Source: Pseudomonadota bacterium (GTDB lineage: Bacteria; Pseudomonadota; Alphaproteobacteria; Rhodobacterales; Rhodobacteraceae). Taken from it: DNA of 64,000 bases. A program made the translations under genes and the position numbers. Numbering within the stretch: the stretch's first letter is position 1; the number at the start of each line of letters is the position of its first letter. This document shows, piece after piece, positions 1 to 9,299 of this stretch. A model generated the notes under the pieces. The model had not been told where the DNA came from. It was given only the letters and a program-made list of their open reading frames with translations, and searched no databases. The stretch lies in assembly GCA_038744815.1 (NCBI GenBank), contig JBCDLY010000007.1:69620-133619 (forward strand), in the 5' to 3' direction.

Positions 1-348
1 CGCCCCTCCCCAGACGCCCACTGCGTCAGACGTGGCTTCGACCGAAGGAAAGAAATCCAGAACGGGCGCATCCTGCCAGAAATGCCGGGCCAAGATGGGC
101 GCTTGATGAAGCGTGACATGGTCATGCAGGCTTTCACCAGCCGCCCGAAACGCGGCTTCAAAAACGTGTTTCATGGTCAGAACTGTCGGCCCCGCATCGA
201 CGGGGCCCGCTGCGCTTGGTAAGGTGCGCATCTTCCCGCCAATGGTTTGAGCTGCTTCAAAGACATCAACGGCGTGCCCTTTATGGGCCAATCGCATCAC
301 TGCGGACAGTCCGCCAACGCCCGCGCCTATTACACCGATCTGAGCCAT
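1..348 (-). CDS. crtD: FAD-dependent carotenoid desaturase, N-terminal part (runs off the left edge); most likely CrtD (hydroxy/methoxyneurosporene desaturase)
   Basis: My reverse-complement translation from the ATG at 348-346 reads MAQIGVIGAGVGGLSAVMRLAHKGHAVDVFEAAQTIGGKMRTLPSAAGPVDAGPTVLTM... It has a GxGxxG Rossmann N-terminus and the GPVDAGPTVLTM block of the CrtD/CrtI family. It is divergent from crtE, as crtD is in Rhodobacter. CrtI cannot be excluded from about 116 aa. Confidence 0.6.
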   Translation of the reverse strand, partial: MAQIGVIGAGVGGLSAVMRLAHKGHAVDVFEAAQTIGGKMRTLPSAAGPVDAGPTVLTMKHVFEAAFRAAGESLHDHVTLHQAPILARHFWQDAPVLDFFPSVEATSDAVGVWGGA

Positions 349-360
349 AATCTCCTCTAC

Positions 361-409
361 TGTCTAATATAGTTGACAGTTTGATCGTTCATGTCCAGTC
401 TTATTGACA
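361..409. promoter_or_regulatory. Two PpsR/CrtJ-type operators (TGT-N12-ACA) in the crtD/crtE divergent promoter region
   Basis: TGTCTAATATAGTTGACA (361-378) and TGTCCAGTCTTATTGACA (392-409). Both have exactly 12 nt between TGT and ACA and AT-rich interiors, with centres 31 bp apart. The second site covers the TTG that opens the ORF-track crtE call. Confidence 0.8.
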
Positions 410-439
410 GACGAGTCCGTCACGGGCTGGAGGTCCAAA

Positions 440-1306
440 ATGGCGACACATCCTCATCTGGAGACAGCGCTAAAGGCGGTTTTGTCCCGTGCGGTGAACT
501 CAAACGCGCCGGAGAAGCTGTCAAAGGCACTGCCCTACGCAGTATTTCCAGGGGGTGCGCGCGTCCGTCCAAACATCCTTCTTGCTGTCGCAAAAGCGTG
601 TTCTTCGCGAAACATGGATGCTGCCTTTCAGGCAGCTGCGGCGTTGGAGCTGATCCACTGTGCGAGCTTAGTGCATGATGACATGCCCTGCTTTGATGAT
701 GCGGATTTTCGGCGAGGCAAACCCACAATCCATAAGAAATTCGGCGAAGAAATTGCGCTCTTGACGGGGGATACCCTGATCGTTCTTGCCTTTGATGCGA
801 TTGCCTATCAGCCGGAAGAACCCGAGATATCGCTTGCCCTTGTACAACGCTTAGCTCGGTTTACTGGGTCACCTTATGGGATTTGTGCGGGCCAGGCTTG
901 GGAAAGCGAGAAAAATGTAGATCTCGCGCTTTATCATCGCGCGAAGACCGGCGCCTTGTTCATTGCGGCCACTGAAATGGGGGCGATCGCTGCGGGTCAG
1001 CCCGTTGCTGCCTGGACGGATTTGGGCGCACGGATAGGAGAGGCGTATCAGGTGGCAGATGATTTGATGGATGCGCTTTACACGTCCGAACAACTTGGAA
1101 AACCTGTCGGCCAAGACGAGGTTCATGAACGCCCAAACGCCGTTCAGGAATTTGGTGTCAAAGGCGCAATTAAACGATTGGAAGATACGTTAGCCGGTGC
1201 AATTGCCTCTATCCCGCGCTGCGATGGCGAAGCGCAGTTGGCGGCTTTGGTGCGGGCACAGGCCGAACGTTTGACGCCGCTGATGCAGAAAGTTGCTGCC
1301 CTTTGA
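440..1306 (+). CDS. crtE: geranylgeranyl diphosphate synthase
   Basis: Polyprenyl synthase motifs LVHDDMPCFDDADFRRGKP and YQVADDLMD are present. The gene lies between crtD and crtF. I prefer the ATG at 440 (GGAGG at 429-433, 6 nt upstream) over the TTG at 404, which lies inside a PpsR operator. Confidence 0.9.
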   Translation: MATHPHLETALKAVLSRAVNSNAPEKLSKALPYAVFPGGARVRPNILLAVAKACSSRNMDAAFQAAAALELIHCASLVHDDMPCFDDADFRRGKPTIHKKFGEEIALLTGDTLIVLAFDAIAYQPEEPEISLALVQRLARFTGSPYGICAGQAWESEKNVDLALYHRAKTGALFIAATEMGAIAAGQPVAAWTDLGARIGEAYQVADDLMDALYTSEQLGKPVGQDEVHERPNAVQEFGVKGAIKRLEDTLAGAIASIPRCDGEAQLAALVRAQAERLTPLMQKVAAL

Positions 1307-1307
1307 G

Positions 1308-2414
1308 ATGGTCGCAAAAGGATTAGAAGGCGCGTTTTCTGAGATCTCTACCGAAAAAGATCGCGTGCGCCCGCTGTGGATTCGCATGTTGGCGGATGCG
1401 AAACTTCAGAGTTTTGCCGCCAAGACGCCCATTCTGCGTCGTCTTGTCCGGAAGGATCAGCGCCGAATCTTCGATCTGATGGTGGGATTCGCCTATTCGC
1501 AAGCGCTCTACGCCGCTGTCCAAATCGATTTGTTTGATCAAGTCCTCTACGAGGCAAAAGACCCGCGCGACATCACGGGGTTAAGCGCTGAGGCGGCCAG
1601 TTTGTTGTGTCGGGCGCTCGCGGGATTGAACCTCTTGAAAGAACGGCGGGACGGGCGTTTCACGATCACCCGCCAAGGGGCCCTGGTTGAAACCGTTCCA
1701 GGATTGAAGACAATGATCCTGCACCATGCGGTGCTTTATCGTGACTTGGCCGACCCGCTCGCAGTGCTTGAGGGCAACGCAGAGACTGAGATGTCTGAGT
1801 TTTGGCCCTACGTCTTTGGGGCCACGGACCGGCCCGTCTCTGGGGAAGAAGCCGCGCTTTATTCGCAAGTCATGACGGATACTCAGTCCTTGGTCGCGCG
1901 GGAGGTCTTGTCCAATGTATCGTTTGCTCAATCACGGCGGCTCTTGGATGTCGGGGGTGGTACGGGCACCTTTGCCAGCCACGTCGCTTCCGATTTTCCG
2001 TCCGTTGAATGCGCGATCTTTGATCTGCCAAACGTCGTGGATCAATGCGATGCGTTTAAATCCCACCCTGGAAACTTCCGTGAAGATTCGCTGCCTCAAG
2101 GGTACGATACGATTTCCCTAATCCGAATTCTGTTTGATCATAGGGATGAAACCGCGACTGCCCTTTTGACGAAAGTCTACTCGGCGCTTCCAGATAGTGG
2201 ACGTTTGGTGATTGCCGAACCCATGGCTGGCAACACGCAACCATCGCCCGAAGGGGATGCGTATTACGCGCTTTACACGCGCGCGATGAAAACCGGTAGA
2301 ACGCGCCGCCCTTCCGAAATCTCCGATCTGTTATCCAAAGCGAATTTCAAAAACATTACTGTTTATCCGGATCGCGCACCGTCTGTGGCGCGGGTGATGT
2401 CAGCTGAAAAGTAA
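1308..2414 (+). CDS. crtF: hydroxyneurosporene/demethylspheroidene O-methyltransferase
   Basis: The SAM-methyltransferase motif LLDVGGGTGTFA and an O-MT dimerisation-like N-terminus are present. The position after crtE is canonical. The ATG at 1308 is 1 nt after the crtE TGA; the track start at 1293 is a TTG. Confidence 0.9.
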   Translation: MVAKGLEGAFSEISTEKDRVRPLWIRMLADAKLQSFAAKTPILRRLVRKDQRRIFDLMVGFAYSQALYAAVQIDLFDQVLYEAKDPRDITGLSAEAASLLCRALAGLNLLKERRDGRFTITRQGALVETVPGLKTMILHHAVLYRDLADPLAVLEGNAETEMSEFWPYVFGATDRPVSGEEAALYSQVMTDTQSLVAREVLSNVSFAQSRRLLDVGGGTGTFASHVASDFPSVECAIFDLPNVVDQCDAFKSHPGNFREDSLPQGYDTISLIRILFDHRDETATALLTKVYSALPDSGRLVIAEPMAGNTQPSPEGDAYYALYTRAMKTGRTRRPSEISDLLSKANFKNITVYPDRAPSVARVMSAEK

Positions 2415-2422
2415 CCACAAAG

Positions 2423-2466
2423 TGTCAATCAAAGTTGACAATTATACATGTCTCATTAGAGTGACA
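2423..2466. promoter_or_regulatory. Tandem PpsR/CrtJ operators upstream of bchC (TGT-N12-ACA, 8-bp gap, TGT-N12-ACA)
   Basis: TGTCAATCAAAGTTGACA (2423-2440) and TGTCTCATTAGAGTGACA (2449-2466) are separated by exactly 8 bp. This is the arrangement described for the Rhodobacter bchC promoter. The pair lies in the crtF-bchC intergenic region. Confidence 0.85.
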
Positions 2467-2510
2467 GAATGACGCAGAGGCCCTGAGTCCCTCCTGCGGT
2501 GCGGAGACGT

Positions 2511-3452
2511 ATGGAAACGACAGCGATCATATTAGAGGGCGCAAAGAAGCTTTCAGTTGGCGAATTGGGTCTAAATGTGCCCAAATCGACCGATATTGTG
2601 GTTGAAACGCGCTTTTCCGGGATTTCTTCAGGGACGGAAAAACTTCTCTGGACCGGTGAAATGCCCAGCTTTCCGGGCATGGGGTATCCTCTGGTTCCGG
2701 GTTACGAATCTGTCGGAGAGATTGTTGAAGCCGGATCGGACAGTGGTTTGTCTATGGGTCAAACGGTCTTTGTGCCGGGTGCGAATTGCTATGAAGGCGC
2801 GCGCGGGCTTTTCGGGGCGGCGGCCCGTCACCTCGTGACAGATGCATCGCGCGTGACACGTGTTGATGCCGCGCTTGGGGCAGAAGGTGCGTTGCTTGCC
2901 TTGGCGGCGACCGCGCGACATGCCATGGCCGGACTTCACAATCAGCTTCCCGATTTGATCATTGGGCACGGTGTGCTCGGCCGCCTGTTCGCGCGACTGA
3001 CGCTGGCCGCGGGTGGAAACGCTCCAACCGTTTGGGAGATTGACCCAGCGCGGCGTTCAGGCGCGGATGGCTATTCCGTTATTGATCCGACTTTGGATGA
3101 ACGACGCAACTACCGCAGTGTCTATGATGCTTCCGGTGTTTCGAATATCTTGAACAAAGTCATTCCGCATCTCGCAAAAGGTGGCGAGGTGGTTTTGGCG
3201 GGGTTTTACTCTGAACCGGTTCAGTTCGCGTATCCTCCGGCTTTCATGAAAGAGGTGCGGATGCGGATTGCTGCTGAATGGACACCTGACGACTTGGTTG
3301 CGACACGTGATCTGATCGAAGGCGGTCACCTTAACCTCTCTGACTTAATCACGCACAGTTCCAACCCCGCGCAGGCGGGAAACGCATACAGCACAGCATT
3401 TTCTGATGCGGCATGCCTCAAAATGATCCTTGATTGGGAGGGCACTGCATGA
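2511..3452 (+). CDS. bchC: bacteriochlorophyllide a dehydrogenase (3-hydroxyethyl oxidation)
   Basis: Zn-ADH/MDR-like sequence ([25 protein letters not shown]). Its position is crtF-bchC-bchX. The ATG at 2511 follows GGAG; the track start at 2499 is a GTG. Confidence 0.9.
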   Translation: METTAIILEGAKKLSVGELGLNVPKSTDIVVETRFSGISSGTEKLLWTGEMPSFPGMGYPLVPGYESVGEIVEAGSDSGLSMGQTVFVPGANCYEGARGLFGAAARHLVTDASRVTRVDAALGAEGALLALAATARHAMAGLHNQLPDLIIGHGVLGRLFARLTLAAGGNAPTVWEIDPARRSGADGYSVIDPTLDERRNYRSVYDASGVSNILNKVIPHLAKGGEVVLAGFYSEPVQFAYPPAFMKEVRMRIAAEWTPDDLVATRDLIEGGHLNLSDLITHSSNPAQAGNAYSTAFSDAACLKMILDWEGTA

Positions 3453-4465
3453 CCCTTGATATTCCGAACCTCAAAGACGACACGATGGAGGGGCATCACA
3501 CCCGTCTGCGGGACGAAGCGTCTGAGCCTTTGGACGAAATTCCTGTTCAGGAACCGACTAAAAAGACCCAGATCATTGCCATCTACGGAAAGGGAGGGAT
3601 TGGTAAATCCTTCACCTTGGCGAATCTCAGCCACATGATGGCTGAGCAGGGCAAGCGAGTACTGCTGATCGGTTGTGACCCAAAGTCGGACACAACATCT
3701 CTTCTTTTCGGCGGGAAAGCTTGCCCAACAATTATCGAAACTTCTACCAAGAAAAAGCTGGCGGGGGAAGAAGTATCGATAGGGGATGTCTGCTTTAAAC
3801 GCGGTGGCGTTTTCGCGATGGAACTGGGCGGTCCAGAAGTGGGGCGCGGATGCGGCGGTCGCGGCATCATCCACGGGTTTGAACTGCTTGAAAAACTCGG
3901 CTTCCATGACTGGGATTTCGACTATGTCTTGCTCGATTTCTTGGGCGACGTGGTCTGCGGCGGGTTCGGCCTGCCGATTGCGCGTGACATGGCGCAGAAG
4001 GTGATTTTGGTCGGATCGAACGATCTGCAATCCCTTTACGTCGCCAACAATGTGTGTTCCGCGGTGGAGTATTTCCGCAAGCTGGGCGGCAATGTGGGCG
4101 TTGCCGGTTTGGTGATCAACAAAGATGACGGCACCGGAGAGGCGGCAGCCTTTGCCAAGGCTGTCGATATTCCGATCTTGGCGAGTATCCCGCAAGACGA
4201 AGACTTGCGCCGGAAATCGGCAAATTATCAAATCGTTGGCACCAAAGAGGGCCAGTGGGGGGGGCTGTTCGCGGAACTTGGGATGAACGTGGCCGAAGCG
4301 CCGCCCTTGCGTCCAACACCGCTGAGCCAGGATGGCTTGCTGGAGCTCTTTTCGGCTGAAGAAACCGGGGCGGATTTCGTTCTGACGCCGGCCACGGACG
4401 CCGACATGCGGGGCAAAAATGCCAAGCCCAAAGCATCCCTGGAAGTCATTTACGACGAGGCCTGA
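3449..4465 (+). CDS. bchX: chlorophyllide a reductase iron protein subunit X
   Basis: NifH/BchL-like P-loop [12 protein letters not shown] and cluster cysteines (GCGGRG, VVCGGFG). The ATG at 3449 overlaps the bchC TGA as ATGA. The track start at 3434 is an alternative. Confidence 0.92.
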   Translation: MTLDIPNLKDDTMEGHHTRLRDEASEPLDEIPVQEPTKKTQIIAIYGKGGIGKSFTLANLSHMMAEQGKRVLLIGCDPKSDTTSLLFGGKACPTIIETSTKKKLAGEEVSIGDVCFKRGGVFAMELGGPEVGRGCGGRGIIHGFELLEKLGFHDWDFDYVLLDFLGDVVCGGFGLPIARDMAQKVILVGSNDLQSLYVANNVCSAVEYFRKLGGNVGVAGLVINKDDGTGEAAAFAKAVDIPILASIPQDEDLRRKSANYQIVGTKEGQWGGLFAELGMNVAEAPPLRPTPLSQDGLLELFSAEETGADFVLTPATDADMRGKNAKPKASLEVIYDEA

Positions 4466-6035
4466 GAGAGTGGATAAAGAAGCCAGATATGACAGCACAG
4501 ACGAGGTCGAGGTCCTAACCGGGACAGCCGCTGCGTCTGATGCGCCGGCACCGCAAGGTGACGGGCTGGGCTGTCATGCGGGTGCCGCCCAAATGGAGGC
4601 GGCGGCCAAGGCCTCTGGCAATGCTGAGCTGTTAGCGCAATTCGCCAAAGATTATCCGCAAGGTCCTCATGATAAACCACAATCCATGTGTCCAGCCTTT
4701 GGATCGTTACGGGTGGGGCTGCGGATGCGCCGCGTCGGCACTGTCCTTTCTGGATCCGCATGCTGTGTTTATGGTTTGACCTTCGTGTCCCATTTCTATG
4801 GCGCGCGCCGATCGGTTGGCTATGTGCCCTTCGATTCCGAATCTTTGGTCACCGGGAAGCTCTTTGAAGACATCCGCGATGCGGCCCATGCGATGGCCGA
4901 TCCCGCAAAATATGACGCGATCATCCTGACAAACCTCTGCGTGCCCACCGCCTCTGGCGTGCCGCTTCAACTCTTGCCGAAAGAAATCAACGGTGTGCGC
5001 GTTGTTGGCATCGATGTGCCAGGCTTTGGCGTGCCGACCCATGCCGAGGCCAAAGACGTGCTGGCCGGGGCCATGTTGAAATATGCGCGCGAAGAGATTG
5101 CCGCCGGTCCGGTGCCTGCACCCGTTGGCGGCAAATCTGATCGCCCGACGATCACGCTGTTGGGAGAGATGTTCCCTGCAGACCCGATTAGCATCGGTCA
5201 GTTGATTGCACCGCTTGATTTGGGCGTTGGCCCGGTTGTGCCCTGCCGCGAATGGCGCGAGCTGTATGCAGCACTTGATTGTGGTGCAGTGGCGGCGATC
5301 CATCCGTTCTATTCAGCGGCCATCCGTGAGTTTCAGGCCGCAGGCCGTCCGATTGTTGGCTCTGCCCCTGTTGGTCATGACGGTACGGAGGCCTGGCTGA
5401 AGTCGCTGGCAGATCAATTTAATGTTCCAAATGCACAAGTTGCGGCGGTTCTGAATTCTCACCTCCCCCAGATCAGATCCGCGTTGGAAGCCGCGCCTAT
5501 TCAAGGCCGCATCACACTCAGCGGTTATGAAGGCAGCGAGCTCTTGGTGGCGCGGCTTCTTATCGAAAGCGGAGCCGAGGTGCCGTATGTGGGCACAGCA
5601 GTCGCCAAATCGCGCTTTGCGGCCGACGATGTGGCTTGGTTGGAGGCGCATGGTGCGCAAGTGACATTCCGCGCGTCGCTCGAAGATGATTGCGCCGCAA
5701 TGGAAGCGTTCCAACCTGACCTCGCGATCGGCACCACGCCTGTTGTCCAAAAGGGCAAAGAGCTGGGGATTCCCAGCTTGTATTTTACCAATTTGATTTC
5801 GGCGCGGCCATTGATGGGCATCGCAGGCGCAGGATCGCTGGCCCAGGTGGTCAATGCCGCGATGAAGAACAAAGACCGCATGGCGCATATGAAATCCTTC
5901 TTCGACGGTGTGGGCGAAGGCGACACGGCGGGCATTTGGGAAGGTGATCCCAACGTGCAGCCGCAGTTTCGCGCCATTCACGAGAAGAAACTCGAAAAAC
6001 GCGCCCGTGCGGCCAAAGCGCAGGAGATGATCTGA
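4419..6035 (+). CDS. bchY: chlorophyllide a reductase subunit Y
   Basis: LGCHAG...PQSMCPAFGSLRVGLRMRR matches the BchY N-terminal region as I recall it from Rhodobacter. NifD/BchN-like fold. The start is uncertain: ATG 4419 overlaps bchX by 47 nt, and GTG 4470 is just after the bchX stop. Confidence 0.9.
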   Translation: MPSPKHPWKSFTTRPERVDKEARYDSTDEVEVLTGTAAASDAPAPQGDGLGCHAGAAQMEAAAKASGNAELLAQFAKDYPQGPHDKPQSMCPAFGSLRVGLRMRRVGTVLSGSACCVYGLTFVSHFYGARRSVGYVPFDSESLVTGKLFEDIRDAAHAMADPAKYDAIILTNLCVPTASGVPLQLLPKEINGVRVVGIDVPGFGVPTHAEAKDVLAGAMLKYAREEIAAGPVPAPVGGKSDRPTITLLGEMFPADPISIGQLIAPLDLGVGPVVPCREWRELYAALDCGAVAAIHPFYSAAIREFQAAGRPIVGSAPVGHDGTEAWLKSLADQFNVPNAQVAAVLNSHLPQIRSALEAAPIQGRITLSGYEGSELLVARLLIESGAEVPYVGTAVAKSRFAADDVAWLEAHGAQVTFRASLEDDCAAMEAFQPDLAIGTTPVVQKGKELGIPSLYFTNLISARPLMGIAGAGSLAQVVNAAMKNKDRMAHMKSFFDGVGEGDTAGIWEGDPNVQPQFRAIHEKKLEKRARAAKAQEMI

Positions 6036-6051
6036 TGATTGACAATCATCA
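6033..6051. other. Perfect 9+1+9 palindrome TGATGATTG-A-CAATCATCA lying on the bchY stop codon
   Basis: Read directly from the sequence. The arms are exact reverse complements. It includes the bchY TGA (6033-6035) and the overlapping ATG (6035-6037). Confidence 0.9.
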
Positions 6052-6220
6052 TATCCGCGCCGCGGCGATGGGCGAGAGGGCCAGCCCCCTCGCGCTCCCC
6101 CGGGACATTTGTGAAAAAGAGAAGCGCGTTTTGACCCGTCTGGTTTCTGTACAGAACCTGTACAGACATCGTCCAGCACCTGTCGGTACAGCTGCTGGGA
6201 TCGGAGGTGGATCATGTTGA
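6035..6220 (+). CDS. hypothetical 61-aa ORF filling the bchY-bchZ spacer (speculative)
   Basis: Its ATG shares the A of the bchY TGA (TGATG). Its TGA (6218-6220) overlaps the bchZ ATG (ATGTTGA). I recognise no family. The coding status is unproven. Confidence 0.2.
   Translation: MIDNHHIRAAAMGERASPLALPRDICEKEKRVLTRLVSVQNLYRHRPAPVGTAAGIGGGSC
6147..6191. repeat. Phased CTGTACAG-type palindromic repeats upstream of bchZ
   Basis: CTGTACAGA occurs at 6147-6155 and again at 6158-6166, an 11-bp period. A split copy CCTGTcgGTACAG lies at 6179-6191, about 22 bp further on. Confidence 0.7.
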
Positions 6221-7710
6221 TCCAAGACCATGATCGCGCGGGCGGATATTGGGGGGCGGTTTACGCGTTCTGTGCCGTGAAAGGATTGCAATGTGTGATT
6301 GACGGTCCGGTCGGGTGCGAAAATCTGCCGGTGACCTCTGTGCTGCACTACACCGATGGGTTGCCACCCCATGAATTGCCGATTGTTGTGACGGGCTTGG
6401 GCGAAGAAGAGCTGGGACGCGATGGCACCGAAGGCGCAATGAAGCGCGCTTGGGGTACGCTTGATCCGGTTTTGCCTGCGGTGGTTGTCACGGGTTCCAT
6501 TGCCGAGATGATTGGCGGTGGTGTGACCCCATTGGGGACCAATATTCAACGCTTCTTGCCGCGCACCATTGATGAGGATCAGTGGCAGGCAGCCGACCGC
6601 GCGATGACGTGGCTGTTCACCGAGTTTGGCATGACAAAGGGCCGGATGCCCCGCGAAGCCAAGCGTGAAGAGGGCGCAAAGCCACGGGTGAATATTTTGG
6701 GGCCGATGTATGGCACGTTTAATATGCCATCTGATCTGGCGGAGATCCGACGCCTTGTCGAGGGGATCGGGGCCGAGATCAATATGGTGATGCCGCTTGG
6801 CGCACATATCGCGGATATGAACAAGCTGGTGAATGCGGATGTGAATGTGTGTATGTATCGCGAGTTTGGTCGCGGCCTCTGTGAGGTGTTGAACAAACCC
6901 TATTTGCAAGCGCCGATTGGCGTGGACAGCACCACGAAATTCCTGCGCAAATTGGGAGAGCTGCTGGAGCTTGACCCAGAGCCATTCATCGAGCGTGAGA
7001 AGCATTCGACGATTAAGCCGGTTTGGGATCTCTGGCGCTCGGTCACCCAGGACTTTTTCGCCACCGCGAGCTTTGGGATCGTTGCGAACGAGACCTATGC
7101 ACGCGGGGTCAGAAACTACCTCGAAAATGATCTTGGTCTGCCCTGCAGATTTGCTGTGGCGCGGGTCGCTGGCAAAAAGACCGACAATGATGAGGTCCGG
7201 CAACTGGTGCAGGAAAGCGGTGCATTGGTTGTGCTGGGTTCCATTAATGAGAAAATGTACTTGGCCGAAGCGGCCCATGGCTTTGGCCCTAAACCGGCCT
7301 TTATCCCGGCAAGTTTTCCAGGCGCTGCCATCCGCCGATCCACAGGGACGCCGATGATGGGGTATGCGGGTGCGACGTATCTGCTGCAAGAAGTCTGTAA
7401 CGCGCTCTTCGACGCGCTCTTCCATATATTACCGCTTGGATCGGACATGGATGCGGCCGAGGCCACACCAGCCGTACTAAAGCGCGACTTCCCTTGGGAT
7501 GATGACGCACGGGAGCTTTTGAACAAAATCGTCGCTGATCATCCGGTGCTCACCCGGATTTCTGCGGCGAAGACATTGCGTGACCAGGCCGAGAAGGCCG
7601 CGCTCGACGAGGGGTCGGAGCGCGTGGTCCGTGAAACGGTCGCGCGGTTGCGACCAGACGCAGCCGAAAGGCTGCAATCACCTAATGCAGTCAAGGGAGA
7701 GGTTGCATGA
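6214..7710 (+). CDS. bchZ: chlorophyllide a reductase subunit Z
   Basis: The N-terminus [40 protein letters not shown] is the canonical BchZ start. GGAGGTGG lies upstream. The gene is followed by pufQ. Confidence 0.93.
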   Translation: MLIQDHDRAGGYWGAVYAFCAVKGLQCVIDGPVGCENLPVTSVLHYTDGLPPHELPIVVTGLGEEELGRDGTEGAMKRAWGTLDPVLPAVVVTGSIAEMIGGGVTPLGTNIQRFLPRTIDEDQWQAADRAMTWLFTEFGMTKGRMPREAKREEGAKPRVNILGPMYGTFNMPSDLAEIRRLVEGIGAEINMVMPLGAHIADMNKLVNADVNVCMYREFGRGLCEVLNKPYLQAPIGVDSTTKFLRKLGELLELDPEPFIEREKHSTIKPVWDLWRSVTQDFFATASFGIVANETYARGVRNYLENDLGLPCRFAVARVAGKKTDNDEVRQLVQESGALVVLGSINEKMYLAEAAHGFGPKPAFIPASFPGAAIRRSTGTPMMGYAGATYLLQEVCNALFDALFHILPLGSDMDAAEATPAVLKRDFPWDDDARELLNKIVADHPVLTRISAAKTLRDQAEKAALDEGSERVVRETVARLRPDAAERLQSPNAVKGEVA

Positions 7711-7907
7711 CGACACGACAAAAACGTGGAACGCGCATGGAGTACTGGGTGTATTTTTCACTCATCTTCTTGCTGGCCATTCCATTCGCGCTGGCGCGCT
7801 GGGCGTTTCGCCTGGTGGCTCCGGTTGCGAACAAACAGAATCGCGGGGTGATCCGGCGGGCCAAAGAACAGGCCCATACGGTGACCCCCATGATATTTTC
7901 GGCGTGA
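7707..7907 (+). CDS. pufQ: PufQ (bacteriochlorophyll-biosynthesis/assembly factor)
   Basis: A 66-aa protein with one hydrophobic segment, [19 protein letters not shown], resembling Rhodobacter PufQ (recalled ...YFTLILFGAVPFAL..W). It shares an ATGA overlap with bchZ and lies directly upstream of pufB. Confidence 0.75.
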   Translation: MTTRQKRGTRMEYWVYFSLIFLLAIPFALARWAFRLVAPVANKQNRGVIRRAKEQAHTVTPMIFSA

Positions 7908-7960
7908 AGAGAGTCGGAAAGCCCCATTCGCTTGAGCCTGAAGCCCGAGTGAATGTTTGC

Positions 7961-7999
7961 CGTCCAGGGTGGTCCTGGGCGGACCCGGCCGCGGGGTCC
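7961..7999 (+). promoter_or_regulatory. Two adjacent GC-rich stem-loops in the pufB 5' leader
   Basis: CCAGG(gtggt)CCTGG lies at 7964-7978 and is extendable. GGACCC(ggccgcg)GGGTCC lies at 7981-7999. Both sit 30-70 nt upstream of the pufB ATG. Leader hairpins are known determinants of pufBA mRNA stability in Rhodobacter. Confidence 0.6.
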
Positions 8000-8030
8000 A
8001 GCGGTGTTAGTCAACTTTTCGGAGGAAAAT

Positions 8031-8189
8031 ATGGCTGACATGTCCTTTACAGGGCTTACAGACGAGCAGGCGCAAGAGCTCCACGCTGTCTATATGAGCG
8101 GGCTTTGGATCTTCACGGCCATTGCCGTTGTTGCTCACATAGCGACTTGGATCTGGCGTCCTTGGTTCCCTGCAAGCACGTTTATGTGA
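8031..8189 (+). CDS. pufB: light-harvesting complex 1 beta polypeptide
   Basis: [46 protein letters not shown] carries the conserved BChl-ligand His (AHxxxWxWRPW). GGAGG lies 6 nt upstream of the ATG at 8031. The track start at 7953 is an in-frame upstream extension. Confidence 0.95.
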   Translation: MADMSFTGLTDEQAQELHAVYMSGLWIFTAIAVVAHIATWIWRPWFPASTFM

Positions 8190-8197
8190 GGTGAAAG

Positions 8198-8353
8198 ATG
8201 AGCAAGTTCTATAAAATTTGGCTGATCTGGGATCCACGCCGCGTGTTTGTATTCCAAGGCGTGTTCCTGTTCCTGCTGGCGGCGATGATCCACTTGGTTC
8301 TGCTGTCCACAGACTACTACAACTGGTTCGAGCTCGCAGCAGCTGCCGGTTAA
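8198..8353 (+). CDS. pufA: light-harvesting complex 1 alpha polypeptide (51 aa; below the ORF-track length cutoff)
   Basis: My translation is [51 protein letters not shown]. It has the typical LH1-alpha N-terminus ([13 protein letters not shown]) and a ligand His in AAMIHLVLL. The ATG lies 8 nt after the pufB stop. Confidence 0.95.
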   Translation: MSKFYKIWLIWDPRRVFVFQGVFLFLLAAMIHLVLLSTDYYNWFELAAAAG

Positions 8354-8360
8354 GCACCAC

Positions 8361-8390
8361 TGCTTGGGGGTGGGATGCTGCCCCCAAGCA
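8361..8390 (+). terminator. pufA-pufL intercistronic stem-loop (partial terminator / pufBA mRNA stabiliser)
   Basis: TGCTTGGGGG (8361-8370) and CCCCCAAGCA (8381-8390) form a perfect 10-bp stem around a 10-nt loop, 8 nt after the pufA stop. An analogous element in Rhodobacter sets the LH1:RC stoichiometry. Confidence 0.8.
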
Positions 8391-8450
8391 ATCATCGAAA
8401 CATAAGGACGACCGGAAGGAGAGAACGGTCAGCCTGCAAAGGAGGGAAGC

Positions 8451-9299
8451 ATGGCACTGCTCAGCTTCGAAAAAAAGTACCGTGTGCGCGGCGGTACACT
8501 TGTAGGGGGCGACCTGTTCGATTTCTGGGTCGGGCCGTTCTATGTCGGGTTCTTCGGGGCCACGACCATGTTCTTCGCGCTTTTGGGGACAATCCTCATT
8601 TTTTGGGGGGCCGCGCTGCAAGGCGTTTGGAACCCTTGGCTTATTTCCATCAATCCACCGGCGCTTGAGGTCGGAATGGGGATGGCGCCATTGGCCGAAG
8701 GGGGCCTATGGCAATTGATCACAATGTGTGCCTGCGGTGCGTTCATCTCTTGGGCGCTGCGGGAGGTGGAAATCTGCAACAAGCTTGGGATGGGGTACCA
8801 CGTGCCCTTTGCCTTTGGTGTTGCAATCTTTGCCTTCATCACACTGAATGTGATCCGTCCGGCACTGATCGGTGCCTGGGCCTACGGGTTTCCATACGGT
8901 ATCTGGAGCCACCTCCAATGGGTGAGCCTGACCGGATATCAATATGGTAACTTCCACTACAACCCCGCGCATATGGTGGCGATTACCTTCTTCTTCACAA
9001 CCACATTGGCCCTGGCCATGCATGGCGGCCTCGTACTTTCGGCTGTGAACCCGAAAAAGGGCACACTTGTTAAATCACCTGAGCATGAAGACACGTATTT
9101 CCGGGATTACATTGGATACTCTGTCGGCACGCTCGGTATCCACCGGCTTGGCCTCGTTCTCGCGCTGAATGCAGGGTTCTGGTCCGCGGTCTGTATTGTG
9201 ATCTCTGGCACCATCTGGTTCGACGCTTGGGTCGTCTGGTGGGATTGGTGGATCGACTTGCCATTCTGGCGTGACATTGAGGGAGGCATCAATGGCTGA
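8451..9299 (+). CDS. pufL: photosynthetic reaction centre L subunit
   Basis: [36 protein letters not shown] is the canonical RC-L N-terminus. The protein is 282 aa. Confidence 0.97.
   Translation: MALLSFEKKYRVRGGTLVGGDLFDFWVGPFYVGFFGATTMFFALLGTILIFWGAALQGVWNPWLISINPPALEVGMGMAPLAEGGLWQLITMCACGAFISWALREVEICNKLGMGYHVPFAFGVAIFAFITLNVIRPALIGAWAYGFPYGIWSHLQWVSLTGYQYGNFHYNPAHMVAITFFFTTTLALAMHGGLVLSAVNPKKGTLVKSPEHEDTYFRDYIGYSVGTLGIHRLGLVLALNAGFWSAVCIVISGTIWFDAWVVWWDWWIDLPFWRDIEGGING

Noticed and set aside
3326-4498. 390-aa minus-strand ORF antisense to bchX. Similar long antisense or alternate-frame ORFs lie at 5313-6215, 6049-7425, 8007-8621, 9658-10332, 10652-11521, 13607-14338, 31188-32060, 37792-38352, 54705-55544, 58095-58857 and 59323-60009.
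   Set aside because: Each lies entirely within a gene on the other strand or frame that has unmistakable family motifs. Their translations are Arg/Pro/Gly/His-rich and low in complexity, with no recognisable domains. These are the typical shadow ORFs of GC-rich DNA.
6033-6051. I considered whether the bchY-stop palindrome TGATGATTGACAATCATCA is a Fur/Mur, RirA (TGA-N9-TCA) or FnrL (TTGAT-N4-ATCAA) box.
   Set aside because: By-eye alignment to each consensus fails. The half-sites or the spacing are wrong: TGA...TCA spacing is 7 or 13 rather than 9, and there is no TTGAT/ATCAA pair. The palindrome is real, but I cannot assign a regulator.
7953-8030. An in-frame upstream ATG that would extend pufB by 26 aa, or a separate pufK-like mini-ORF in the pufQ-pufB gap.
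   Set aside because: The extension ([26 protein letters not shown]) is encoded by the leader hairpins and has no LH-beta homology. The ATG at 8031 has a strong GGAGG and gives the canonical N-terminus. There is no independent small ORF with its own stop before pufB.
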